DNA of 64,000 nt, from positions 78,678,001 to 78,742,000 of the forward strand of contig OX597824.1 of assembly GCA_951406725.2 (NCBI GenBank), written 5' to 3'. This document shows, in pieces, positions 13,881 to 29,296 of this stretch; position 1 is the first letter of the stretch; each line of letters opens with the position of its first letter. A model generated the notes under the pieces. The model was not told the DNA's origin, did not search any database, and saw nothing but the letters and a program-made list of their open reading frames with translations. Position numbers and translations under genes: made by a program. The DNA comes from Octopus vulgaris. Taxonomy: Eukaryota.

Positions 13881-14281
13881 AGGAGTGGCTGTGTGGTAAG
13901 TAGCTTGCTTACCAACCACATGGTTCCGAGTCCAGTCCCACTGCGAGGCACCTTGGGCAAGTGTCTCATACTGTAGCCTCGGGTCGACCAAAGCCTTGTG
14001 AGTGGATTTAGTAGACGGAAACTGAAAGACGACCGTCGTATATATGTATATGTTTATGTATGTGAGTGTATATGTTTGTGTGTCTGTGTTTGTCCCCCCC
14101 CCCCAACATCGCTTGATAACCGATGCTGGTGTGTTTACGTTCCTGTAACTTGGCGGTTCGGCAAATGTCACCGATAGAATAAGTACTAGGCTTACAAAGA
14201 ACGAGATCTGGGGTCGACTTGCTCGACTTAAGGCGGTGCTCCAGCATGGCCGTAGTCAAATGACTGAAACAAGTAAAAGAA
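13881..14281 (+). mobile_element. SINE family A
   Basis: Full-length match to the family consensus seen across the window. Confidence 0.9.
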
Positions 14282-14365
14282 GGGAGAAATATAGAGAGTT
14301 AGTGTGATAGATGTATAGATATGTATACATGCACCCGTATACATTACACTATACTTTATATTGAA

Positions 14366-14757
14366 CTCTTTTACGTCTTTCAGCCATTTGACTGCGGCCG
14401 TGCTGGAGCAACGCCTTTAGTCGAGCAAATCGACCCCAGGACTTATTCTTTGTAAGCCTAGTACTTATTCTATCGGTGTCTCTTGCCGAACCGCTAGGTT
14501 ACAGGGACGTAAACACACCAGCATCGGTTGTCAAGCGATGTTGGGGGACAAACACAGACACACAAACATATTCACACATACACACATATATATATAAGGG
14601 CTTCTTTCAGTTTCCGTCTACCAAATCCACTCACAAGGCTTTGGTCGGCCCGAGGCTATAGAAGAAGGCACCTGCCCAAGGTGCCACGCAGTGGGATTGA
14701 ACCCAGAACCATGTGGTTGGTAAGCAAGCTACTTACCACACAGCCACTCCTGCGCCT
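14366..14757 (-). mobile_element. SINE family A (tail-to-tail with 13881-14281)
   Basis: Full-length inverted copy. Confidence 0.9.
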
Positions 14758-14988
14758 ATATATATTACAATATACTTTATATTGTTGGTAAGCAAGCTAC
14801 TTACCACACAGCCACTCCTGCGCCTATATATATTACAATATACTTTATATTGTTGGTAAGCAAGCTACTTACCACACAGCCACTCCTGCGCCTATATATA
14901 TTACAATATACTTTATATTGTTGGTAAGCAAGCTACTTACCACACAGCCACTCCTGCGCCTATATATATTACAATATACTTTATATTG
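14717..14988. repeat. 4 x 68 bp perfect tandem repeat made of a SINE A head plus flank
   Basis: TTGGTAAGCAAGC... units start at 14717, 14785, 14853 and 14921. Confidence 0.95.
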
Positions 14989-15291
14989 TGCACTAATTTT
15001 TGTTCAAGCTAATGATAACATATGTGTGAGTTCGGACGTGCTCGTGTTTATGCAATTCTATATCTTATACAAATGGGAATAGATACGAAAGTGAAAGTAA
15101 TCAATACATTTAGTAGAGTTTATTGATTCACTCGAATCTGAAGATTCACTCTGTCGCTACTTGTTTGTCAAGTGATTGAGTATGATTCTGCGTTGAATAT
15201 AAAACAGAAGCAAGGTGAGAGTTAAATTGGTAATTTTAAAGTGCACGTACATCGTTAAAAACGTGCACGCGCACACGTATACATAGGTGGA

Positions 15292-15678
15292 GTGGAAGCA
15301 CTCCGTCGGTTACGACGATGAGGGTTCCGGTTGATCCGAATCAACGGAACAGCCTGCTCGTGAAATTAACGTGTAAGTGGCTGAGCACTCCACAGACACG
15401 TGCACCCTTAACGTAGTTCTCGGGGATATTCAGCGTGACACAGAGAGTGACAAGGCCGGCCCCTTGAAATACAGGTACAACAGAAACAGGAAGTAAGAGT
15501 GAGAGAAAGTTGTGGTGAAAGAGTACAGCAGGGATCACCATCATCCCCTGCCGGAGCCTCGTGGAGCTTTTAGGTGTTTTCGCTCAATAAACACTCACAA
15601 CGCCCGGTCTGGGAATCGAAACCGCGATCCTATGACCGCGAGTCCGCTGCCCTAACAACTGGGCCATTGCGCCTCCAC
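15292..15678 (-). mobile_element. SINE family D
   Basis: Near identical to 7270-7652. Confidence 0.9.
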
Positions 15679-15796
15679 ACACGTATACATACGCACACAC
15701 TAACTCACACAAGCACACACACACACACAAGCACGCATACACGCACGCACGCACCCATGCACACATAACGCGAACTCTCACACACGCTCCCAAACT

Positions 15797-16138
15797 GAAG
15801 GCGCCTGGCGCAGTGGTTAGAGCGTCGGGCTTACAATCGTGTGGTTGTGTGTTCGATTGCCAGACCGGACTGCGTATTCTGTTCTTGAGCAAGACACTTT
15901 ATTTCACGTTGTTGCTGTTCACTCAGTTGTAGAAATGAATTGAGATATCATTTGTGCCAAGCTGTATCGTATCAGTCTTTGCCTTTCCTTTGGACAACAT
16001 CGGAAGCATGGAAAGAGGAGGCTGGTATGCATGGGTGACTGCTAGTCTTCCATAAATAACCTTACCCGGACTTGTTCCTTGGAGGGGAAATTTCTAAGTG
16101 TAATCCCATGGTCATTCATGACAAAAGGAAGTCTTTAT
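15797..16138 (+). mobile_element. SINE family C
   Basis: tRNA head, central domain and ...CCCATGGTCATTCATGAC tail as in 40058, 52911 and 59892. Confidence 0.85.
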
Positions 16139-16380
16139 GCTTGTGAGTATGTATGTATATACGGATGTATGTATTGTGCATGAAATTGTAAGCTTTCTTG
16201 ATTCAGTACTTGCACGGCGGCCATACTGGGGCACCACGTTGATGGGTTTAGCCGAATAAATTGATTTTGTACTTATTTCAAAATCTGGTATTAATTCTAT
16301 CGTTCTCTTGGTCCCAACTGCGAAGTTACGAGATCGTAAACCCACCAACTCCGGTTGTCAAGAGGTGAGGATGTGTGTTT

Positions 16381-16439
<59 letters not shown>

Positions 16440-17217
16440 CAGCATGTATGTGTGTATTTTTGCGTGTGTGTGTGCGTGCGTGTGCGTGTCTTGTGTGTGT
16501 GTGTGTGTGTAAAAGGAAAATTAGCTGAGAGAAATAACTCAGCGGCCAAGTGGCGTGTATTTAAGCAGCAACGACAAATATAGGCGGATTAAATAACGTA
16601 CAAGACAGATTCCTGATTTATTGAGGTCATCTTCGCTTCCAGTGATGATAGAAGAATTACTCGAAAGCGATTGGAGCCACAACGCCATATGAGAAGAGGA
16701 GACACATGCAAGAATCAAGGATTTCTCCAAAATTGATATGCCATTAAAGACAAGCTAATCAGACTATCTGGAGATAAGAGAGCTACAGTGGACACGTAGT
16801 TTTGTTTCAATTGGCGTCATCAGAAGAGCGGTTGTTCTACCTTATCTCCTGCAGACAAAACACTTGAAATTATTCTCACAAGTGGAACAAGTAGGATGCG
16901 CATATGACCTTCATATTTCGCATGAATGAAATGAGAAAGGAAAAATGAGCGAAGCGAAGACAGATAAATCAGTCACGCTAAGTGATGTGTACATGGATAG
17001 CAGAAAATTAACAAAGGCATATTGGATAACATGCAGGGATGTATTGTTGATCTAGAGAAATTATCTATGCTTCTAGATAAGATAGAACACGCGTTCGTTG
17101 GTGATTCTGACCAACTGCAAATTGGAAGAGGAAATGGTCTCTGAAGAAAAGAGAGATGGCTCACATACACACAGACACACAAACACAAACACATGTACAT
17201 ACACACACACACACACT

Positions 17218-17259
<42 letters not shown>

Positions 17260-17260
17260 C

Positions 17261-17321
<61 letters not shown>

Positions 17322-17423
17322 CAAACGCACATACACGTTGCATACAAACGTACAAACGTACATATGTATAGTTGCATATATACACACAAACACATACAAA
17401 TACAAATACATCTGTGTGTGCAA

Positions 17424-17467
<44 letters not shown>

Positions 17468-17850
17468 TGTATATATATATTTCTATGTATGTATGTATGT
17501 ATGTATGTGTGTGTGTGAGTATGTAAGGGCACAAAATTGCACAGAAGGACGACAACGGAACACACCGAATAAAAATACAAACACAACAGGTTGACATGTT
17601 CCTCCCTTATCAGTCATCGGACGAAAATCATCACAATGTCGCGCTCACGTCGAGATAAGATTGTTTGCTAATCCTGGTGGCGTCAGCAGTAAAACGTTGT
17701 TGAGTTTTTCAGTGAGACGGACATAGAGGACATAAATAAATGACATGAATAAATATAGGAGGTAAGTGAATGATAAATGAAGACAGAACAAGGGCAAGAT
17801 ACAGTGGATAAACAGTGCAGGTAGTTGTTGCATATATATATATATATATA

Positions 17851-19050
<1,200 letters not shown>

Positions 19051-19438
19051 AAGATTACATACAAAGGCCTTTCGACTATTGCACAGTATTAGGACAAGAC
19101 ATGCGCAGAAGTAGTGCGAATGGATAAGGATGTCCTATGGGACTTCAAATGGAAAGTAGGGAGATAGAAAGACAAAAAGATGGAAAGAGAGGTGGAATGA
19201 TAGAAAGATAGAACGATAGAACGAAAAGGGAGAAAGAAACAGAAAACCGGGACTAAAAGGGAATGATAAAGGGAACGCCCAAAAGAGCGCGACTGAATTG
19301 GTCAGAAGCCAAGCAGGAAAAGAATAGGTGAAAGCAAATTTTCCTAAGCATACACACAAACAGTCAAACACATACCCATATATGCGCATCTGTGTGTGTG
19401 TGTGTATGTGTGTGTGTGCATGTGTGTGTGTGTGTGTG

Positions 19439-19482
<44 letters not shown>

Positions 19483-19570
19483 CGTGTGTGTGCAATTCAC
19501 ATTTACCCAACGAAAACAAGGTTGAATGTTTACAAAAATATTTTCGCCTCTCATTTTTTTTTTTTACAAG

Positions 19571-20060
<490 letters not shown>

Positions 20061-20427
20061 AGAGAATGTTACCATTGATCAATGCAAGAAAAAGAACTAG
20101 AGCATTGCCGCCGCCATGTTTTAAGCTGCTGCAAACCTCGTTTTGAAATCGAAAGTAGCAGCATATAATAATGGTTTCACTGTAACAAAAGGTTTCTTCA
20201 AGCAATTCTGAAGCAACTTGAATGTCGACCTTTGTAATTTCCTGGTTGCTTTCTTCCTGATTAAGACGGTCAGGTTAAGAATTACACTGGTGTAAATAAG
20301 AAGAAAGGAAAAGTGGTGAAAGATATAGAGTTATAGAGGCTGGAAGTTAGAGAGGTAGAGGTAGAGCCAATAGTATTATTTTCTTCATTGGTCAAAAGGA
20401 TAATGGGTGAAGCAGTGGATATTCTGA

Positions 20428-20493
<66 letters not shown>

Positions 20494-20530
20494 ATGCTTA
20501 TATGCATGTATAAGCTTATGTTTAGAGACT

Positions 20531-20587
<57 letters not shown>

Positions 20588-20678
20588 TCAGAGAGAGAGA
20601 GAGAGAGAGATAGACAGACAGACAGACAGACAGGTAGGTAGGTAGGTAGGTAGGTAGGTAGGTAGGTAGGTAGGTAGG

Positions 20679-20780
<102 letters not shown>

Positions 20781-21617
20781 TTGTATGTTATAGCTTTATA
20801 TTCATCTGTCTGTATTTGAATACATATATATGCATACATACATGCATACATACATACATACATACATACATACATAACCACAAAAACAGAGGAGAAGGAG
20901 GAGGAGGAGGAGGAGGAGAAGAAGAAGAAGAAGAAGAAGAAGAAGAAGAAGAAGAAGAAGAAGAAGAAGAAGAAGAAGAAGAAGAAGAAGAAGACCACCA
21001 CAACGACGATGACGATGACGATGATGAGGATTGCTAATTGGTTTCCGTGCCACTGAACTTAGCTCTGTTTCTTCATTATTATCTGTTGATCGAAGGTCAG
21101 TTTTGAAGTAGACTTTAGACCGTCGAACAACTGCACACGGTGTCTATGCAGAACATACTTGATAACAGTACTTGAGAAAGATGTGTGGGAGAGCGAAAGA
21201 GCGAAAGATAGAGTCTGAAAGAGGGAGAAAAAGAGCGAGCGTTAGCGAGAACTACAAAGAAAGGCTGTAAAGAGGCAGAAGGAATAAGAGAGTGATGTAG
21301 TGGAAGAATGATGCGAGCGAGAGAGAGAGAGGCTGGGATACAGAGCGAGACAGAGAGAGAGAGAGAGAGAGACTGTTAGAAAAACGGAGGAAGACGGAGA
21401 TGAATGAAGAGGCAAGGAGAGAGTGAGAACTAAAGAAAAATGTTGTAGTGGTGAAGAGAAAGGTGGTGGTCGATTAGAGAACCAAAGGAAAAGAGATATA
21501 AATAGTGATAAGAGAGAATGAAATAAAGATGGTAGTCTGAGGGCGTGAAAAAGACAAGGAGAGAGACAGGGTAAGGGAGAAACACGGAGATTCTTATAGG
21601 CAGATAGAACAAAATAT

Positions 21618-22182
21618 ATTTTCTATAATAGGCTCAAGGCTTCAAATTTGGGGGTGAGGATAGTCGATTTCATCGACCACAGTATTCAACTGGTACTTAA
21701 TTTATCGACCCCGAAAGGATGAAAGGAAAAGACGACCTCGGCGGAATTTGAACTCAGAACGTAGCGGCAGACGAAATACCTATTTCGTTACTACCCACAA
21801 AAGGCTAAACACAGAGCGGACGAACAACGACAGACAAACGGACTGAGTCGATTATATCGACCCCAGTAACTGGTACATATTTAATCGACCCCGAAAGGAT
21901 GAAAGGCAAAGTCGACCTCGGAGGAATTTGAACTCAGAACGTAACGGCAGACGAAATACCTATTTCTTTACTACCCACAAGGGGCTAAACACAGAGAGGA
22001 CAGACAAGGAGATTAAGTCGATTACATCGATCCCAGTGCGTAACTTGTACTTAATTTATCGACCCCGAAAGGATGAAAGGCAAAGTCGACCTCGGGGGAA
22101 TTTGAACTCAGAACGTAACAGCAGACGAAATACCGCTAAGCATTTCGCCCGGCGTACTAACGATTCTACCAGCTCACCGCCT
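21618..22182 (-). mobile_element. SINE family B with three tandem core units
   Basis: GACCCCGAAAGGATGAAAGG..GACCTCGG.GGAATTTGAACTCAGAACGTA occurs three times, ~175-180 bp apart; single head at the 22182 end. Confidence 0.9.
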
Positions 22183-22519
22183 TCAGACAGAACAAAATAT
22201 CTTAAGAGAATTTATATTGGCTGAATTTTGACACTAGCATGGCTTGATCGTTCAATCTATTCTTATTTCATCAAGAATAGGTAGTTTTCAATCAGGGTTC
22301 ATATAACCCTTAGGGATCCTTATTAGCTTTTGTGGCAATAAATTCGCTATAAAATATTTTTAACAATTTCTTATACAATTCTTAATAATATCTAATTATG
22401 AAAATATAATAAGATAGCGTTGAGGGTCCAGTTCAGTAGAATAGAAATCTCAGTGAATCAATCTTAGTAAAGCATTTAAAGGATTGTTTAAAAATAAATT
22501 GAAATTTCCTTATAAACCT

Positions 22520-22890
22520 TTCCCGATCATCTGTCAGATTGACAATCTTTATCATGACCTCAGTATCAGCCAGATACTCTCCTTGAGTCCAGGGTTTGGA
22601 TTACCAAGACTTCAAGATTCCCCAGTTCCCTCTGGGTATACAATCAACCGTCTGGCTCTTGTTTCCAGTCCATACTTTGATGTTGTGAGTCCATCCACAA
22701 ACAGCTTTGTTGTCCTCTTGCTCTCTTTCCTTTCACACTTCTTGACAGGATGGTCTTGGACAATGACTCTTAGTCATCGTATGTCCAAAATACGATAGCT
22801 TTGTGAACTTAATTTTCATCACTACCTTTCTGAACATTCAGCTTTTCTAGTGCTGCAATATTTCTTTACTTTTCGTTCCATTTTATCCTG
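22520..22890 (-). mobile_element. RTE/BovB-like LINE 3' fragment, decayed
   Basis: Minus strand reads KLSYFGHTM..SKTILSRSVKGKRARGQQSCLWMD..NIKVWTG with frameshifts, matching the RTE C-terminal KLxYFGH..GKRxRGR..W motif. Confidence 0.7.
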
Positions 22891-22981
22891 CCCTATCTGA
22901 TGTATGCATATGTATTGATGAATCTATGTATACATGACAACACACCCCTTAACTCACTTTGTCACTCTTTTTCTTTCTCTC

Positions 22982-23036
<55 letters not shown>

Positions 23037-23499
23037 CACACACCTTATATATGCGTACACACTTCATATATGCGTACATACACTTCACTTTCTCCTATCT
23101 TTCACTTTAAAACAAAAGTAAATAAAAAAAATAAAAATTACGGAAATTAACGAACTCCAGATGATGAAATCACATTTAGTTAAAAATATATCTAAATGAT
23201 TAAAATATTGTGTACGTCAAAAAGTCGATGGTCTTTTTTTCCTTAGAGTCCGCGAAGACAATGTGTGTGTATATGTCACAGATAGCGAACGTGTATTTGT
23301 GCTGATTGACACGTCATGACATTCATTATATGTGTGTGCATTCTGTATGTGTGATGACGCCCTGGAAGCCTTGTATTTTTTTATCAAGAAATAATAATAA
23401 TTGTGTTTAATCGTTTAAATAGAGGTCCAAATGTCACAAAATTTTGTACAGCACTGCCGAAGATAAGTTTGAAAATAAATATGTAAAAAAAATTAAGAT

Positions 23500-23695
23500 A
23501 AGGAGAGACTGTGTGGTAAGTAACTTGCTTACCAACCACATGGTTCCGGGTTTAGTATCACTGCGTAGCACCTTAGGCAAGTGTCTTCTACTATAGCCTC
23601 GGGCCGTCCATAGCCTTGTGAGTGGATGTGGTAGACGGAAACTGAAAGAAGCCCGTCGTATATATGTATTTATATATATATATATATATATATAT

Positions 23696-23734
<39 letters not shown>

Positions 23735-23945
23735 TGTGTGTATGTTTGTGCGTCTGTGTTTGTCACCCAACATCGCTTGACAACCGATGCTGGTGTGTTT
23801 ACATCCCCGTAACTTACCGATTCTGCAAAAGAGACCGATAGAATAAGTACTAGGCTTACAAAGAATAAGTCCTGGGGTCCATTTGCTTGACTAAAGGCGG
23901 TGCTCCAGCATGGCCACAATCAAATTACTCAAACAAGTAAAATAG
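23500..23945 (+). mobile_element. SINE family A
   Basis: Full-length match. Confidence 0.9.
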
Positions 23946-24014
23946 TATAAAATACACATTATTTCTGAGCTATTTCAGTAACACACAAACATCCCTAGAG
24001 TTTTAGTATTATCA

Positions 24015-24072
<58 letters not shown>

Positions 24073-24269
24073 TTTTTTACATGTTTGTGTGCGTGCGTGC
24101 GTGCGTGTGTATGTTGTGTGTATGTTGTGTGTATGTGTGTGCGCGTCTGTGTGAGAATTATATAAACTATTCTGTGACGAATACAGCAGTGATTAACATA
24201 TTTGCGGAATCTTCCAGGACGTAGGAATTCATATGCGAATCATCGTGTGTGTGTGTGCGTGTGCATATG

Positions 24270-24327
<58 letters not shown>

Positions 24328-24444
24328 TACGCACTCACACACATACACCCGTCGCACACGCATACACAGTCACACTCACACATCTGTGTGTATGTGTATT
24401 GCTCTAAGTGTGTGTGTGTGTGTGTAATATATATCGCTGTTCGG

Positions 24445-24518
<74 letters not shown>

Positions 24519-24706
24519 ATATATATATATATATATCTTTATATATTGTGCACTCTTGAAGGAAAATCGATTGGTGCTTTAATGTCAAAATGCCTTTTAA
24601 CGTTCTCAGTTCTACTCGAAAACAAATCCTCACAAAATATGCAACGAACTTTATCAACCATAGCCACGACGCCATATTATTAAATCTATAAATCTAGAAA
24701 AACATC

Positions 24707-24790
<84 letters not shown>

Positions 24791-26012
24791 TTTCTGCGAA
24801 AATTTAATCTTCCGTATTTTTTTTCTTGTTTTTTTTTTTGTTTTTTTTTGCGTAAACAGATGATGCTGTTATGATGGCGTTCAGAAAATTACAACGAACT
24901 TTATCGCCCCAATCAACAACATTATATTGTGCAGGGCCATCATTCTCGAAAATATCGCTCACTTTCTGCGATAATTTAATGTTTTATTAGAAATTGATGC
25001 CATTATGATAGTGCTCATAATATAATAATAATGATAATAATTTTAAAGATATGAAAAAAATATATAATAAATAAAGTTTACTATCAAGCTTGTACCGTAT
25101 CGTTTTAATATGCGCGAGTAGTCAGTAACGAGTTCCAAATTCGTGAATTTCTAAATACTTTTTAATTTATGGATTGTGATGTAAAGTTTTGTATTATTAA
25201 ACATCATTGAGAATTTACAATTTTTTTAGAGAAATATGTTATGCTCCAAAGCTTCTTTTGTCAAATTTTTGAGAGATTTTTTTGTAGCGTAATATTGGTT
25301 TCAAATTTTTGGTACGATGCCAGCAATTTAGGGAGAGTAGTTAAGTCGATTACATCGACCTCATTACTCATCTGCTTTTTATGACCCCGAAAGGCTTTCA
25401 TCCTTTCGGGGTCATAAAATTGAGCTCATATGCTTGCTGAAAGTGCAAGCAAATGGGCAATTTTCTTTCGACGAACACTACCCTCTCCGGATTGAGCAGC
25501 TGTCTTGCAGACATTGGACCCCTATCCGCTGAATTATTCTTTAAGGACTTGATTAATTAGGACTTCAACCGTCAAATGAGTAGTAACTCTAATTTTCTTT
25601 TCTTTCCTTACTTTTTCCGCTTTTATTCGCCCTTTATATTCTCATTCAACTTTTTGCATCAAGCTTCTTCACGTTTTTTCTCGTGGTTTCTCATGTAACC
25701 GCGTCCTGGTTTTCAAACAGAACAAACCATTAGCTCAGAGCCTGAGACTGTTTGCAGTTACAAGGTACGTTTTAAAACCAGCCGAAGCATATGCCTTAAT
25801 GACAAGAAACTGTTAGTACATCTTATTTAAATACAGTGCATATTAATGGATATTTATCGCTCACTGCATGGAGAACTTTTTTGTTGATCTGACCTTAACG
25901 GAACAATAAAGTGTGTGTGTGTGTGTGCGTGTGTGTGTGTGTGTGTACGTGCGTGCGTGCGTGTGTGTGTGTATGCATGCACATGAATAAACAATCCTCT
26001 GTTAAACGACTA

Positions 26013-26149
26013 TTAATGTTATAACGCCTGAAGAGATGAATCCATGAAGATGATCTACCCGATGTCCACGGATGCTACGAACTGCACTCTAATCAACTGT
26101 GATCTTAAGAGACATGTGATTTATGGAAACGCACGTAGCGATGCATTAA
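26013..26149 (+). ncRNA. Type I hammerhead ribozyme motif with extended stem I and very long stem II
   Basis: cgc CTGAAGA (26028-26034) g atgaatc-catg...catg-t-gatttat g GAAA (26126-26129) cgcacg TA gcg; distal stem I ttaatgt/gcattaa. Confidence 0.6.
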
Positions 26150-26187
26150 ATGTTTATAAATTCTATCCAAGGATTATTATTGTTATT

Positions 26188-26240
<53 letters not shown>

Positions 26241-26242
<2 letters not shown>

Positions 26243-27021
26243 CAGGAGTGGCTGTGTGGTAAGTAGCTTGTTTACCAACCACATGGTTCCTGGCTCAGTC
26301 CCACTGCGTGGCACCTTGGGCAAGTGTCTTCTACTATAGCCTCGGGCCGACCAAAGCCTTGTGAGTGGATTTGGTAGACGGAAACTGAAAGAAGCCCGTC
26401 GTATATATGTATATATATATGTATGTGCGTGTATGTTTGTGTGTCTATGTTTGTCCCCCTAGCATTGCTTGACAACCGATGCTAGTGTGTTTATGTCCCC
26501 GTCACTTAGCGGTTCGGCAAAAGAGACTGATAGAATAAGTACTGGGCTTACAAAGAATAAGTCCCGGGGTCGAGTTGCTCGATTAAAGGCGGTGCTCCAG
26601 CATGGCCGCAGTCAAAATGACTGAAACAAGAGAAAAAGAGAAAAGGAGAAAAAGATATATATATATATATATACATATATATTCTTTTCTACTCTAGGCA
26701 CAAGACCCCAAATTTTGGAAGGATAAAAGGCAAAGTCGACCTCAGCGGAATTTGATCTCAGAACGTAGCGGCAGACGAAATACCTATTTCTATTTCTTTA
26801 CTACCCACAAGGGGCTAAACACGGAGCGGACAAACAAGGACAGACAAACGGATTAAGTCCTTTACATCGACTCCAGTGCACAACTGGTACTTATTTAATC
26901 GACCCAGAAAGGATGAAAGATAAAGTCGACCTCGGCGGAATTTGAACTCGGAACGTAACGGTAGACGAAATACGGTTATGCATTTCGCCCAGCGTGCTAA
27001 TGATTCTACCAGCTCGCTGCC
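26241..27021. mobile_element. SINE A (+, 26241-26640) followed by two-unit SINE B (-, 26681-27021)
   Basis: Family motifs. Confidence 0.85.
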
Positions 27022-27098
27022 TTGCAAGACTGATAATTATAAGGAAGTACAACAAGAGCTAGAACACCTCCCTACCTACCTCTTCTCTCCGCCGCTAC

Positions 27099-27188
<90 letters not shown>

Positions 27189-27397
27189 CTCTCTTTCTCT
27201 CTTGTGAAATGAAGCCCTGACTCAGAACGATAGAGTCGATAGTCATTAGGAATACTGAACTCAATGAACTCTTCTTGCTCCGTCTTATTAACGAAGAGAT
27301 TTAGTTAGCTGTTCACAAGAGACTGTAATTATTATTTCATGCGTGTGCGCCTCTGCATGCCTATGTTTATGTTTGTGTGCGTAAGAGAGAGAAATGG

Positions 27398-27437
<40 letters not shown>

Positions 27438-27569
27438 AGAAAATGTAGGGAAAAAGTGATGGTGTTGATGGTCCTGGTAGTGAAGGTGGTTGTGAGAATA
27501 TGTACAGATAGGTGTGTTGCCAAGAGATGACATACATATATGTATATTTGTATGAGTGTATGTTTGTGT

Positions 27570-27626
<57 letters not shown>

Positions 27627-28849
27627 CGTGCGTGCGTGTATGTGCGTATGTGTTAAAATAATGTTATCATTCTAAAGTGCTTTTAAAAATAACGGCTAAA
27701 GCTGCCGATAAGTGAAATTTGAAAGCCCTTTAAATATGCTCTTTACAATATATAGTTTGTTTGTGTGTATGTGTGTGCGTGCATGAGAGAAGAGAGGGAG
27801 ACTGACAGACAGACAGACAAACAAACAGACTGACCGACGGCGAAATACTGACTACAGCTGACAGAACGAAACTCCATATTTTTTTCTGAGATATCGCTAA
27901 TATTTACCTGCCTCAGAACTGAATCAGGTCATCTCGAATGAAGATGCAATCAGTTTATCTACGTCAACCACATCTTCATCTAAGGTAATAGCAAATTTCT
28001 GATAAGTTGATTCAAGGAGTTGTAAGTACACAGTTGGAAAACGGTAGAAACGAACACGAAACTCTTCTTTCGATCCTTTGCCATGAAACAATATCAATAA
28101 AGCTGAAATGCGAAAAATTTGTTTGTCTCATTTTGAGGTGGGAACGGTTTAAGGGGCGCTAGATAGGGTCGGATTGGCTCCAAAATTTACAGGGACATGT
28201 AAAAAGAGGCGAGAAAGCGACTGGACTAGGTTAGGAATCCCTATCTCAAAAGCTGTGGTTACTAGGGCAACAAAACCCAGACTTTGACAAGTGTTTGTCG
28301 TTTCTCCCTTTCGGATATCCCCCGTCTTCCTCGATCTCTCTCTTTCCTTCCTTCCCTCCTATTTTGCTCTATAACGACGTTTGACAGCTTCGTCTCTCTG
28401 TCACTCTTTCTTCCACCACCTCTCTCACTGTACGTCTGTCTGTATCTATAGAGAGAAAGCATTGACAGCCGCAAAAGTTTAAATATTCGAAATTTTGAAA
28501 ATTAAGGCAAGATTTTTGAAGTTGAAAAAATTTCCCATTTTAAGTATTTTTGCCTTTCATTTTTTATTGTTTACAGTTTACATTTTTCTGAAAGTAATTT
28601 ACAGCTGCATGTAGCCCGTGTTTGGAGCTTCCATTTGCATGGTCAATCGTCGAAAAATTCCAAAAGTAAGTACTAAATTTAACAAAGAAATCCGTTTTCT
28701 CCTTATTTTTAATCGCTCAAAGAGTGGCACGTACAAAAGGCAAGTGTGCTTTCCGTTGTCACTGCCTGATATTTATGATTGATCTTTCAAAATATCTTTC
28801 TCAACTTACTCAATATCTTTTGGGTTTTTTTATAAATGGGAGAGAGATA

Positions 28850-29012
28850 GGCGCAGGAGTGGCTGTGTGGTAAGTAGCTTGCTTACCAACCTCATGGTTC
28901 CGGGTTCAGTCCCACTGCGTGGCACCTTGGGCAAGTGTCTTGTACTATAGCCTCGGGCTGACCAAGGCCTTGTGAGTGGATTTGGTAGACGGAAACTGAA
29001 AGAAGCTCGTCG

Positions 29013-29088
<76 letters not shown>

Positions 29089-29296
29089 TGTGTGTCTGTG
29101 TTTGTCTCCTCTCCAACATCACTTGACAACCGGTGCTGGTGTGTTTACGTTCCCGTAGCTTAGCGGTTCGGCAAAAGAGTGCGATAGAATAAGTACTAGG
29201 CTTACAAAGAATAAGTCCTGGGGTCGACTTGCTCGACTAAAGGAGGTGCTCCAGCATGGCCACAGTCAAATGACTGAAACAAGTAAAAGAGTAAAA
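28850..29296 (+). mobile_element. SINE family A
   Basis: Full-length, starts GGCGCAGGAGTGGCTGTGTGGTAAG. Confidence 0.9.

Noticed and set aside
14717-14988. CRISPR-like appearance of regular repeats (also 50340-50830 and 62900-63452)
   Set aside because: Units have no unique spacers, there are no cas genes, and the context is eukaryotic
16520-16920. Possible fossil RLE-type retrotransposon coding fragment and a minus-strand CTGATGA..GAAA
   Set aside because: Similarity too faint to support by eye; no stem II
28850-28925. tRNA-like sequences at SINE heads
   Set aside because: A/B-box-like motifs continue into SINE bodies and no full cloverleaf is evident; not tRNA genes
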